Positions 1 through 9,512 of a stretch of DNA of 64,000 bases are shown in pieces. The DNA comes from Minisyncoccia bacterium. Its GTDB lineage: Bacteria; Patescibacteriota; Minisyncoccia; Phycocordibacterales; UBA918. The stretch covers positions 17,648 through 81,647 of the forward strand of contig JBGSJJ010000005.1 in NCBI GenBank assembly GCA_041742075.1. Direction: 5' to 3'. The notes under the pieces were generated by a model, which saw only the letters and a program-made list of their open reading frames with translations, was not told the origin of the DNA and did not search any database. The position numbers and the translations under genes are program-made. Positions within the stretch are counted from its first letter, which is position 1, and each line of letters begins with the position of its first letter.

Positions 1-222
1 AGTGGGTCTCTTCTTCAGACTCCGATTTACATGGGTTGTGATGTGCTTGACCCGCATGTACCCTTGTTTCGGTTTCAAAAAACAAAGGAAGTTCTCTCTC
101 TACTTGGGGCAGACATTACGTACGCTGAATACGAAGGCTTACGACACGCTATCCATCCTGATGGAATAACGTATCTCGGGCAACTACTTAGAATGACAAT
201 GGGTGAACGGTCAACGTTTTAA
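1..222 (+). CDS. C-terminal part of a phospholipase/carboxylesterase-type alpha/beta hydrolase (5' end outside the window)
   Basis: Frame 1 is open from base 1; the motifs GCDxxDPHVP and YEGLRHAI match the catalytic Asp/His region of this family. Confidence 0.65.
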   Translation, partial: SGSLLQTPIYMGCDVLDPHVPLFRFQKTKEVLSLLGADITYAEYEGLRHAIHPDGITYLGQLLRMTMGERSTF

Positions 223-232
223 AACCTTGTGC

Positions 233-1495
233 TTAGATTAACAGGAGGGTTGCTAAACCAAGAAATACGAAGAAACCAAGTACGTCGGTGAACGTAGTCA
301 TAAAAATTGTCGCTGACGTAGCTGGATCTTTGCCAAATTTTTTCATAACGAGCGGAGTAAGTGTTCCGGCGGTAGCAGCTATTGCAAGATTCACTATCAT
401 TGCTACTGCGAGGACAAGCCCAAGTAGGGGATTTTGATTCCAGAAGATGGCCACTATACCGATGAGGATGCCGTTAATTACACCATTTATTATACCAGCG
501 GTAATCTCACGCTTGAGGGCCGGAAGGCAATTCTGAAATGAAATTTCTCCAATCGATATCCCTCGCACCATAACAGCCAAGGTCTGCGTGGCGGCATTAC
601 CGCCCATGCCGGCAATGATTGGTAGGTACATAGCTAAAATTACTAACTGTGAAAGTGTATTTTCAAACAAAGAAACAACCGCACCAGCCATAAAGGCAGT
701 CGCTAGGTTGATAATGAGCCATTTATAGCGATGTTCAACTTTTTTGCGCACGCTATCAAATGGGCGCTCACTTTCGGCTACACCGGCAAACTCATAGAGA
801 CTAGAAGCTGGTTGCTTTTTAAAAAGCTCCTTTGCGTCAGCTGTGTAGATGATACCAATGACACTTTCGTCACTATCTTTGATCACTACCTTGCCACTTT
901 TGGCAGAATCAAGTAAGTCAATCGCATCAGTTGTGTCTGCATGGTACACAATCGTTTCAACGGGACAGACTAGTTTTTCAAGCCGAGCTTTCTTGGTGGC
1001 GCGTATGAGCGTGGCGTAGGGTACTTCACCAATGAGAAATCCATTATGATGAACTAGTATTTCAGGAAACTTTTTTGTTTCTGAGTAAAAGGCATCCATC
1101 GCGGTTGCAGTTTCGTCGACAGTCGTGTCTGAAGCCAGGAGAAGATAGTTAAAGTTAATTAAATCGAGTGACGCTTTGGCATGAAAGCGTAAAAAAAGTT
1201 CAGCTTTTTCTTTGAGTTCAGTTTTAAGTCGCCAGACTATCTTTTCTTTTCGTTTGGAGTCTTTAAGTTGGGCGAGAGCAGTAGTCGCCTTATGCAAATC
1301 AAGCGAATCTAGTAGTTCCACCGTGTCATCTATAGATAGTTCATTTAGTATCTTTTGTTGTACATACGGGGAAAGTACCTCGAAAATAGCCGCTTTAAGG
1401 GGTGTTTCTTGAGCTAGAAATGTTTTTACACGGTCGCTTTGATTATACGTAATACCGCGGGCTATGGTTCTCGTGACTGTTTCTTCTTTTGCCAT
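233..1495 (-). CDS. mgtE: MgtE magnesium transporter (N-domain, CBS pair, TM domain)
   Basis: RYKWL..NL, GMGGNAATQT and DPATSATIFMTTFTDVLG motifs; about 5 TM helices. Confidence 0.9.
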   Translation of the reverse strand: MAKEETVTRTIARGITYNQSDRVKTFLAQETPLKAAIFEVLSPYVQQKILNELSIDDTVELLDSLDLHKATTALAQLKDSKRKEKIVWRLKTELKEKAELFLRFHAKASLDLINFNYLLLASDTTVDETATAMDAFYSETKKFPEILVHHNGFLIGEVPYATLIRATKKARLEKLVCPVETIVYHADTTDAIDLLDSAKSGKVVIKDSDESVIGIIYTADAKELFKKQPASSLYEFAGVAESERPFDSVRKKVEHRYKWLIINLATAFMAGAVVSLFENTLSQLVILAMYLPIIAGMGGNAATQTLAVMVRGISIGEISFQNCLPALKREITAGIINGVINGILIGIVAIFWNQNPLLGLVLAVAMIVNLAIAATAGTLTPLVMKKFGKDPATSATIFMTTFTDVLGFFVFLGLATLLLI

Positions 1496-1606
1496 ACATT
1501 TCTAATACCTTTATACTGTAGTATAGCAGAGGGTTACCTGAAGAAGGTTTAAAAGCGTGTACACTGAAAATTCTGTAACCCATACTTTACTTATTAAACA
1601 ATTATC

Positions 1607-2437
1607 ATGATTTTTACAAAAACAAATAAAATTATTTTTATACTCCTAACGATAGCTTTGGTGGTTGTGGTTATTGCTCGCTTTATGGTTACAGATGATG
1701 TGGCATCTCCTGAGGTTGAAGAGGTAGTGACTGAGTATAAAGACATGATTCGCATTGATTCACCACTTCCTAAATCAACCGTAAATTCACCACTAATTAT
1801 TACAGGAGAAGCTCGTGGAGGCTGGTTTTTTGAAGCCTCTTTTCCTGTTCTGTTGGTTAATTGGGACGGACTCATTATTGGTGAAGGTTTTGCAACTGCC
1901 GAAGGTGACTGGATGACTGAAGAGTATGTTCCATTTAAGGCAACAATTACCTACACCGTAGATACGAGTGTCTCAAGTGCCGGGTCGATTATTCTGCAGA
2001 AGCAAAACGCATCGGGCTTGCCAGAAAATGATGATGCTTTTGAGTACCCGATAGTATTTGCCAATTCAAATACTAATGAACCAGCGAGCGAAACTGACGA
2101 TAGTGCTCTTATAGGCACATCATGGCAATGGACCCATACCATCCTTTTAAATGGAGATCGTGTTACACCACCGGGGTCAGACTTTGTTTTGAGTTTTGAT
2201 GGTGCTGGGAAAGTGAGTAGTGCAACTGACTGTAATACACTTACCGGGACAGCGGTGACTCAAGGTGAAGTAATTAGTTTTGGTTCTTTCGTGAGTACAA
2301 AAATGTTTTGCGAAGGTTCTTTAGAAACGGTGTATGCTTCGCAACTTGGACTGGCTAACTCATACGCTATAGATAGGGAGGTGCTTAAGATGCAACTCAA
2401 TCGAGACTACGGCACGATGTATTTTACAAAGAATTAG
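1607..2437 (+). CDS. Membrane-anchored protein with Gmad2 Ig-like and META domains
   Basis: N-terminal TM; SPLIITGEARGGWFFEASFPV..NASGLPE (Gmad2); TDCNTLTG..STKMFC (META). Confidence 0.8.
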   Translation: MIFTKTNKIIFILLTIALVVVVIARFMVTDDVASPEVEEVVTEYKDMIRIDSPLPKSTVNSPLIITGEARGGWFFEASFPVLLVNWDGLIIGEGFATAEGDWMTEEYVPFKATITYTVDTSVSSAGSIILQKQNASGLPENDDAFEYPIVFANSNTNEPASETDDSALIGTSWQWTHTILLNGDRVTPPGSDFVLSFDGAGKVSSATDCNTLTGTAVTQGEVISFGSFVSTKMFCEGSLETVYASQLGLANSYAIDREVLKMQLNRDYGTMYFTKN

Positions 2438-2439
2438 CG

Positions 2440-3573
2440 CTAGTGGTGACTATGTCCAGCATGGCTATGAGAGACGTCACCTAAAGGAGTGTGGGTACCA
2501 TAGTACCAAGCACCGAGTAGGGTAGTGAAAGGTACTGCCATAATAATACCAATGCTACCAATAATGATGCGTGTGAGTTCTGCTGCAAACAGTTCTTGGT
2601 TAAGAGTGAGGGTGAGGCTCGTGTCAGCGCGGGCAAAAAGTAAAATAAGAGGTAGTGAAACACCGACATACGCAAGTGCGAGCGTGTTTACGAGTGAGCC
2701 AACATGATCTTTTCCAACTCGCAGAGCCCTTGTATATAGTTCCTTGCCTTTGAGTAAAGGGTTAGCAGCTTTCAGTTCTCGAACTACAGAAGCTTGGGTG
2801 ATTGAAACGTCGTCGAGGACACCGAGCATACCAATGATAATACTGCCGAGTAAAAGACTGCTAAAGTCGAGGGTGCCTCCGGTAGAAAAGTTTAAAAACA
2901 CCGCAGCGTCAGAACTAAAACCGGTAAAGCGCATCGCATTCACAAACACATATGCAATAGCCCCAGTGAGTAAAACTGCAGAAAACGTTCCGAGAAAGGC
3001 GATTGAAGAGACAGGATTCAGGCCGTGCGTACCAAATAAAACGGCAGCTAAAATAAATCCGGCAATCGCGAAGCTAGCTAGAACTGGGTCATAGCCAGCG
3101 AGGAGAGTTGGTATTAGTATAAAAACGATAGCACCAATACTGACGGCAAGTGAACCAAGCGCACGTAATCCTTGTTTACCGGCAAACCAAACAATAAGAA
3201 ATACTAGAAGTCCGAGCATGACTACCAGTTCTGATCGACGGTCAACGTCTTTAAGAAGATAGTACTCGTAACCTTGCATGTTTTTAAGACGATTTACAAA
3301 TATGTTGTCACCGACTTCAAGGGTTCCAATCTCATTATCAAAAATTACCGTTTCTCCAGCTCGTGTACCACCTTTAATTCGTATCTCGACAGACTGAATA
3401 GTGACGGTGGTATCGAGCCCCTCGAGTTCCTTCGTGGTGGTGTTAAGGATTTGGGTTACTTCGGCCGGGACCGTTTCTTGCAGGTCCTCATGAACAGTCA
3501 CCTCCGCGAGTGATACAGAAAAAGGTACACTGAAAGTAAAAAGTAGTAAAAAGAAAAAAATACGCATAGACAT
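2440..3573 (-). CDS. YibE/F family membrane protein with His-rich C-terminus
   Basis: IIIGMLGVLDDVSITQAS, GKDHVGSLVNTLALAYVG and GSIGIIMAVPFTT motifs; tail HSHAGHSHH. Confidence 0.88.
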   Translation of the reverse strand: MSMRIFFFLLLFTFSVPFSVSLAEVTVHEDLQETVPAEVTQILNTTTKELEGLDTTVTIQSVEIRIKGGTRAGETVIFDNEIGTLEVGDNIFVNRLKNMQGYEYYLLKDVDRRSELVVMLGLLVFLIVWFAGKQGLRALGSLAVSIGAIVFILIPTLLAGYDPVLASFAIAGFILAAVLFGTHGLNPVSSIAFLGTFSAVLLTGAIAYVFVNAMRFTGFSSDAAVFLNFSTGGTLDFSSLLLGSIIIGMLGVLDDVSITQASVVRELKAANPLLKGKELYTRALRVGKDHVGSLVNTLALAYVGVSLPLILLFARADTSLTLTLNQELFAAELTRIIIGSIGIIMAVPFTTLLGAWYYGTHTPLGDVSHSHAGHSHH

Positions 3574-3577
3574 AACG

Positions 3578-3976
3578 TTAGCTACATTTTTTACAGATAC
3601 CGTAAAACGTTACTTCGTGACGAGCTATTGAGGCGAATGAAGCAAACTCCAATGGGTGAAGTCTTTGCCCCTCGCAGGGTATATGCTCAATCAGGTAACA
3701 GTTTTCACACACCAGATGGTGATGGTGGCCATGAGTCAGGGCATATCTGGTGTCATTGTCTGGTAGGGCAATTTCTTCAACGAGGTGCTCAGCTTTAAGC
3801 GTAGCAAGGGTGCGGTACACTGTCGCCTCATCACTGTTTACGTTCGCAACAATTTCCTGAATAGTGACTGGATTATTTTGATCCGCAATCCATTCAATTA
3901 CCTTTGTTCTCGGTCCGGTAATGCGGTACCCGCGAGACTTAAGCGTATCAAGAAGTTCATGTGTAGCTTGATTCAT
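3578..3976 (-). CDS. Fur-family regulator, probably Zur (likely start 3976, MNQATH)
   Basis: RITGPR, ATVYRTL, HHHHLVCENC and FYGICKKC; divergent from a ZIP transporter; the ORF-track start at 3994 overlaps the operator. Confidence 0.85.
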   Translation of the reverse strand: MNQATHELLDTLKSRGYRITGPRTKVIEWIADQNNPVTIQEIVANVNSDEATVYRTLATLKAEHLVEEIALPDNDTRYALTHGHHHHLVCENCYLIEHIPCEGQRLHPLEFASFASIARHEVTFYGICKKCS

Positions 3977-3993
3977 AGAAAATATATGATACA

Positions 3994-4016
3994 TTATTGC
4001 AATAGATTTGCAATAA
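3994..4016. promoter_or_regulatory. Zur/Fur-type operator, 9-5-9 inverted repeat TTATTGCAA-TAGAT-TTGCAATAA
   Basis: Perfect inverted repeat in the 72-bp gap between the divergent Fur-family and ZIP genes. Confidence 0.75.
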
Positions 4017-4048
4017 GAAATTTTGATACTTACTAATAATTAGCTTTC

Positions 4049-4894
4049 ATGACAATTTTACTCGCTTCATGTCTCGTCGCAAGTGTATCGGTTATCGGGA
4101 TTCTGTTCTTTGGCTCTAGCACTAAAACGGGTTTTATTGAGCGTCTCATTGTCCCATTTGCAATTGGTACTTTTTTAGGGGTAACTTTTTTTGAACTTAT
4201 TCCTGAAACATTCGAAGCTCATTCGTCTTTGGGACCAGTAGCGATTGTCAGCGGTTTCCTCGCTTTTTATCTCTTGGCTCACTTACTTAGAACCTATCAC
4301 CACCACCATCACGGTGATAGACCTCATGATGCTTGTGAGACAACAAAATCTACCGCTTCGCTCTTGCTGTTTGGTGATGCTGTACACAACTTTGTTGACG
4401 GTATTGTTATTGCTTCGGCTTTCCTGATTAATCCAGTGGTTGGATGGGTGACGACGTTTGGTATTGCGCTTCATGAAGTGCCGCAGGAAATCGCTGAATT
4501 TGGTGTCCTAAAGCGCTCAGGATACACTTCAAAGCAGGCGATTTTGTATAATTTTGCTTCAGCCAGTTCGGTAATTGTGGGAGCGGGAAGCACATTACTT
4601 GTTTCGTCCGTTATGACTGATTTTGTGTGGGTATTAACGGGAGTTGCGGCTGGTAATTTACTCTATGTAGCTTTGTCAGACTTGTTACCAGGTGTTGAGA
4701 AAACAACTCAGAAAGACGGTACCTTTTACCAGTCCTTCACGGTGACCATTCTAGGTTTAATCTTTATTGTGTCTCTTATTTCTTGGTCACATGCAAACTT
4801 TGGCCATGCGCATGACGAAGGAGATCATGAACAAGTATTCAAAGAAGGAGATATGCATGACCATGAACACGAAATAGGTACTGTTATTCAGTAA
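4049..4894 (+). CDS. ZIP family (ZupT-like) zinc transporter
   Basis: GDAVHNFVDG and HEVPQEIAEFGVL motifs; His-rich loop and tail. Confidence 0.92.
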   Translation: MTILLASCLVASVSVIGILFFGSSTKTGFIERLIVPFAIGTFLGVTFFELIPETFEAHSSLGPVAIVSGFLAFYLLAHLLRTYHHHHHGDRPHDACETTKSTASLLLFGDAVHNFVDGIVIASAFLINPVVGWVTTFGIALHEVPQEIAEFGVLKRSGYTSKQAILYNFASASSVIVGAGSTLLVSSVMTDFVWVLTGVAAGNLLYVALSDLLPGVEKTTQKDGTFYQSFTVTILGLIFIVSLISWSHANFGHAHDEGDHEQVFKEGDMHDHEHEIGTVIQ

Positions 4895-4971
4895 AACGTA
4901 CCAAGCTACCTAGAGCCTGTACTTTCGTGTATACTTATTGGCATTATTACCCACATAGGTTTACTTTATAT

Positions 4972-5646
4972 ATGATTAAGAATCATTTCTGGAAGATTTT
5001 TGGTTTAATCGCTGTACTTTTGATTGGTGGAGCTATCGCCTACAGCAATCACGCGAGCAGTAAGGCAAACGAGGGCATTGTCCTTAGTCCGCACGTAAAA
5101 GGAAACGCTGACGCTACCGTAAACTTAGTTGAGTACAGTGACTTCCAGTGCCCAGCTTGTCAGGCCGCGAGTACGGTAGTGGCAGAAGTGCTGGCTGAAC
5201 ACGAAGGCAAAGTCCGGTTTGAGTATAAGCATTTTCCACTGGTGACAATCCACCCTCACGCTGTGTTGGCAGCCAGGGCAGCCGAAGCGGCTGGCATCCA
5301 AGGAAAGTTTTTTGAGATGCATGACAAACTTTTTGAAAATCAAGCCACCTGGTCTCCAAGTCCAAGTCCACAAGCTTTTTTCACAAAGTATGCCGAAGAA
5401 ATCGGTCTTGATATGGACAAATTTAAAACTCACATGCGAGCATCACTGCTCCGTGATGAGGTAATGAAGCGATATGATGAAGCGCGTGAACTTGGTCTTA
5501 GTGGTACACCGACGTTTTACTTAAACGGGCAAAAAATGACCTTTACTACCTACGAAGACTTTGCGACACAAGTTCGTCAGGCTGTGACAGGAGAACTGCC
5601 AGTAGAAGCAACTCCGGTATCACCAGAAATTCAGTTTGGTATCTAA
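4972..5646 (+). CDS. DsbA/BdbD-like thioredoxin-fold oxidoreductase, membrane anchored
   Basis: EYSDFQCPAC, YKHFPL and GTPTF motifs; likely ATG start at 4972. Confidence 0.9.
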   Translation: MIKNHFWKIFGLIAVLLIGGAIAYSNHASSKANEGIVLSPHVKGNADATVNLVEYSDFQCPACQAASTVVAEVLAEHEGKVRFEYKHFPLVTIHPHAVLAARAAEAAGIQGKFFEMHDKLFENQATWSPSPSPQAFFTKYAEEIGLDMDKFKTHMRASLLRDEVMKRYDEARELGLSGTPTFYLNGQKMTFTTYEDFATQVRQAVTGELPVEATPVSPEIQFGI

Positions 5647-5680
5647 CCTAGACGGTCTACATAACCTATAAAGCTTTTCT

Positions 5681-6529
5681 ATGTCAAAGAAGGTTTTGTT
5701 TATAGGCACTACCAAAGCTAAAGCCACTCGTCGCTTGCAAGAAGAAGCATTGCTACAGCATGTTGTATTTGACGTGATTTCGACTAAAAGCTTTGAAAAC
5801 ACTTTTAGCGGTACTGGTCTAGTCGTTGAAAATGAAAGCACTCATAAACTCAGTAGCTACGACGTGTACTTTTTTCGAGGTCTCGGTCATCGGATGAGTG
5901 AGATGCAGAAACGGGCAGTGGTACTAGCTGAGGCGGGTAAACGAGTAGTAGAAAGATGTTTTCCACTGCAGGGGTTTCCAGAAGACAAAATAGTTTCGCC
6001 TTCTGGTAAGAGTCAGTATGCTATTTTACCGTCGCAAGTGATCTCACCAGACGCAGCTCGCAAAGAGGCAGAGGGATATGACTATCCACTGGTGCTTAAA
6101 GGACTTACAAGCTCGAAAGGAAAGTCAGTTAAGAAAATTTTAAGCAGCGGTGAACTAATTGCTCAGCTCGCTTCGACACAGGAGACAGTTCTTCTTCAGA
6201 AATACTATGATATTGAGTTCGACACACGAGTGTTGGTGGTCGGTGGAAAAGTGCTTGGAGGGTTACATCGATACAGAAAAAGTCCTGATGATTTTTTAAC
6301 CACCGCGCGAGGAGGTGTGCGAATAAAGGCAGAACTGACTCATGAGCAAATTGAAGCAGCTATAGAAGCGGTCGCTCTTCAGGGTTTGGAGATAGCGGGA
6401 GTCGACATGTTTACCGCAGGCGGAAAGGTACATATTATCGAAGTCAATAGCTCACCCCAGTTTCATTCGTTTGAAAAGCATACCGGTGTCAATGTTGCGC
6501 GTGAAATAATTTCCTATATTGCCGGCTAA
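5681..6529 (+). CDS. RimK/LysX-family ATP-grasp ligase
   Basis: YPLVLKG, DTRVLVVGGKVLG, GLEIAGVD and IIEVNSSP motifs. Confidence 0.8.
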   Translation: MSKKVLFIGTTKAKATRRLQEEALLQHVVFDVISTKSFENTFSGTGLVVENESTHKLSSYDVYFFRGLGHRMSEMQKRAVVLAEAGKRVVERCFPLQGFPEDKIVSPSGKSQYAILPSQVISPDAARKEAEGYDYPLVLKGLTSSKGKSVKKILSSGELIAQLASTQETVLLQKYYDIEFDTRVLVVGGKVLGGLHRYRKSPDDFLTTARGGVRIKAELTHEQIEAAIEAVALQGLEIAGVDMFTAGGKVHIIEVNSSPQFHSFEKHTGVNVAREIISYIAG

Positions 6530-6645
6530 TATGAATGCACAGGGGACCAGCGTGCAGTTGAATTTTTATAAATATGTGCTATAATACTAGCACGACACAG
6601 TTATTGCCTCACACGTTAACACTCTAACTTAATCCCAAGCTTTAT

Positions 6646-7923
6646 ATGGCGCGCAAACCAAAGAAGAATATTATTGCGTTTGTTGGCGGTATTAAACCGA
6701 ATTCGCTCAGTGCAATCCGGGCCTATGGTAAAAAAACCGGTAATCCGTTTCGGATAATGCTTATTCAAGACATAAAGCACCCAGGAAATTCTAAAACACC
6801 ACAGCACGATATTTTACTCTTAGTAGATTTCAAAAAGCCAGAAAAAATTACTGAAGTACTTCTGCCTTATGAAAATGAACTATTGGCCATTAGCTGTCGA
6901 AGTGAAGTGCATATTGCGCGCTTTGCTAAGATTATCCCGTATGTGCCGTATCTGAGGACTCCGACCAGTGAGTCTCTTACCTGGTCAACGGATAAATATG
7001 AAATGAGGAAGCGATTTAAGTTATATAATCCTAAGATTACTCCGAACTTTACGAGAGTAAAAGATGTTTCTTTGGCTGAGCAAAAGCGGCTGATTGAAAA
7101 AATTGGTTTTCCGATGATTGTTAAACCAGCTAACCTCTCGGGCAGTTTATTTGTGAGTATTTGTTACCACGAAGAAGAACTGAAACAAGCAATTACTACC
7201 GGCTTTCGAAAAATTAAGCGCGCGTATGAAAACGATAACCGCCTCGAAGAACCCAAGCTGATTGCTGAGCAGTATATGGAGGGCGACATCTACTCTATTG
7301 ATAGCTATGTAAACTCTCGCGGTTCGGTGTATCATTTGCCACTTGTGCGGGTAAAAACTGGAAAGGACATCGGTCACCAGGACTTCTATGGTTATTTACA
7401 GATGACACCGACCATTTTAAAGGGCGAGACAGTGAAACGGGCGGAGTATGTAGCTGAAACTGCAATCCACGCTTTAGGACTTCGTAGTACGACGGCGCAC
7501 ACTGAACTTATGAAGATTGATAATGACTGGAAAGTTATTGAAGTCGGACCACGGACCGGTGGCGCACGCGATGTGCTTTACAAAATGAGCTGTGGTATTG
7601 AGCATTATCTCAATGATGTACTCATCCGGATGCCAAAAAAGCCAATCATCCCAAAGAAGTGCCATGGCAGTGCCGTGTACATGAAGTGGTTTTTACCAAA
7701 AGAAGGTACGATAACCGAAATGAAGGGTATTAAGAAGATTGAGCAACTGGAGTCGTTTCATAAGATTGAGGTAAATAAAAAGATAGGTGATAGGGCGGTT
7801 TTTGCAAAAAATGGCGGCCGGTCAGTCTTTAACCTCTACCTCTACAACGCCGATCGTGGGAAACTTTTAGCAGACATACGGCGGGTTGAACAGTTGGTGA
7901 AGATTAAGATAGCCTCAAAGTAG
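6646..7923 (+). CDS. ATP-grasp domain protein (L-amino-acid ligase-like)
   Basis: DKYEMR, GFPMIVKP, EQYMEG, HTELM and IEVGPRTGG motifs. Confidence 0.82.
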   Translation: MARKPKKNIIAFVGGIKPNSLSAIRAYGKKTGNPFRIMLIQDIKHPGNSKTPQHDILLLVDFKKPEKITEVLLPYENELLAISCRSEVHIARFAKIIPYVPYLRTPTSESLTWSTDKYEMRKRFKLYNPKITPNFTRVKDVSLAEQKRLIEKIGFPMIVKPANLSGSLFVSICYHEEELKQAITTGFRKIKRAYENDNRLEEPKLIAEQYMEGDIYSIDSYVNSRGSVYHLPLVRVKTGKDIGHQDFYGYLQMTPTILKGETVKRAEYVAETAIHALGLRSTTAHTELMKIDNDWKVIEVGPRTGGARDVLYKMSCGIEHYLNDVLIRMPKKPIIPKKCHGSAVYMKWFLPKEGTITEMKGIKKIEQLESFHKIEVNKKIGDRAVFAKNGGRSVFNLYLYNADRGKLLADIRRVEQLVKIKIASK

Positions 7924-7980
7924 TAGAGGTAACGTGGGGAAGCAGACCGAGCTAGAGAAGCCGGTGTTTGCTATGATAGG

Positions 7981-8751
7981 TTGATGATACGAACCCGGGA
8001 TTTTATTTTATTTGTCATCACCTTCTGTTTTTTGGTGCTCGCTATTATTTTTACTGTCACAAGTCACCGAGGTGGGTTTTTAAGTGTCGCGTTTAATGAG
8101 ACAACAAGCCAAGACGCGGGCGGAGTGATTGAAATAGAAGAAGTTTCAGAAGAGGAAACTCGCCAGAGTACAATAGCTCGTTTGCGTGAAAAAATTAAGA
8201 ACGCGCCGATCCTCAGTAGTAGCGCGCCGAGCGTGGTGACACCTGATGTTGTTATAGCCAGTAGTTCAGAAAGTGAAAGTGGGTCTCTAGAAGAAACGGT
8301 TGACGGTACTGTGGTAGCCCTACAAATGTGTCCTGGTGCCACCGATGGTCTAACGGTAGCGCAAGCCTGGCCGCGCACAGGAGTGACAGTCAGTGAAGTA
8401 GAAGGAGTACGGGTGGCGACGTACACAGATGCTATGGGAGTCAAGCAATTACTTTTGTTGCCACTCTATCCAAACCCGTCTGGTCAAAATTGTCTTACTT
8501 CAGAGATTATTGGTCTGACCAAAACCGGCTCGCTCATCTTTAACTCAGACGCAATTGCCTACCAAGCGAGTGGAGCTGAGACACTGATTGGGTATGCGCT
8601 CGATGGGGTGGCTATTTATGGGTTGTATACAGGCGTGACTGACGCTTGTGGCGGATATGACCACCCAAGTGGTTACCGGTATTCACTGTCGCCGGAACGA
8701 CCGTTTATGATTGGTTGCTATATGGCCAGTCCAGCCATGTTTAGTTTGTAA
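7981..8751 (+). CDS. Membrane-anchored protein with YHYH-like C-terminal domain
   Basis: N-terminal TM; LIGYALDGVAIYG..DACGG..GYRY resembles the YHYH domain C-terminus. Confidence 0.6.
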   Translation: MMIRTRDFILFVITFCFLVLAIIFTVTSHRGGFLSVAFNETTSQDAGGVIEIEEVSEEETRQSTIARLREKIKNAPILSSSAPSVVTPDVVIASSSESESGSLEETVDGTVVALQMCPGATDGLTVAQAWPRTGVTVSEVEGVRVATYTDAMGVKQLLLLPLYPNPSGQNCLTSEIIGLTKTGSLIFNSDAIAYQASGAETLIGYALDGVAIYGLYTGVTDACGGYDHPSGYRYSLSPERPFMIGCYMASPAMFSL

Positions 8752-8754
8752 AAT

Positions 8755-9486
8755 ATGTCTACCCTTATCTTCGACATTGAGACAGTTGGAGAAAGGTGGG
8801 AACATTTTGATACGGTAACTCAGGAAAGTTTAACTCGCTTTGGCGAACGAACTGCCAAAACAGACGCCGAGAAAACAGCCTACCTTAAACAGGTGCAGGC
8901 CAACTTGGGTTTCTCGCCCCTAACCGGGCACATTGTCGCAATTGCTGTGTACGATTTGGAACGTGAGAAAGGGGCGGTGTACTATACGGGTAAGGGAGAC
9001 GAAGTCGACGCCGAAGTTGACGGCTATATCTTAAAACAGAGAAGTGAGCGGGAGATGTTAGAAGATTTTTTCGAAGGAGCGAGAAGCTATGACACCTTTG
9101 TCAGTTTCAGTGGCAGAACTTTTTCGGTGCCTTTTTTGCTTCATCGGGCGGTCGTTCATGGCGTACAGCCCTTACCTGAGCTACTGGACGCAAGGTACTT
9201 AAGCCAACAAAAGAATATTGTACATATTGATTTACTTGATCAGCTTACCTTTTATGGCGTCATGTATCCAAAGCCGTCACTTCATCTGTTTTGTCGCTCC
9301 TATGGGATAGTAAGTCCGAAGCAGTCTGGTGAAACAGGGGATGGGGTCACGGAACTTTTTTCTCAACAAAAGTTCCGTGACCTAGCGTGCTATAGCGCAA
9401 GCACAGCTACTGCTGTAACCGAGTTGTATAAAAAATGGCTCGAATACCTAGCGCCAACCACGTTTTTAAATACTATTGATTTTTAG
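8755..9486 (+). CDS. PolB-like 3'-5' exonuclease domain protein (DEDD fold), apparently degenerate
   Basis: FDIET (ExoI), HIDLLD and SLHLFCRSYGIVSPK present; ExoII and ExoIII aspartates missing. Confidence 0.75.
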   Translation: MSTLIFDIETVGERWEHFDTVTQESLTRFGERTAKTDAEKTAYLKQVQANLGFSPLTGHIVAIAVYDLEREKGAVYYTGKGDEVDAEVDGYILKQRSEREMLEDFFEGARSYDTFVSFSGRTFSVPFLLHRAVVHGVQPLPELLDARYLSQQKNIVHIDLLDQLTFYGVMYPKPSLHLFCRSYGIVSPKQSGETGDGVTELFSQQKFRDLACYSASTATAVTELYKKWLEYLAPTTFLNTIDF

Positions 9487-9512
9487 TCAAAGGTTTTTGC
9501 TATACTTATGTC

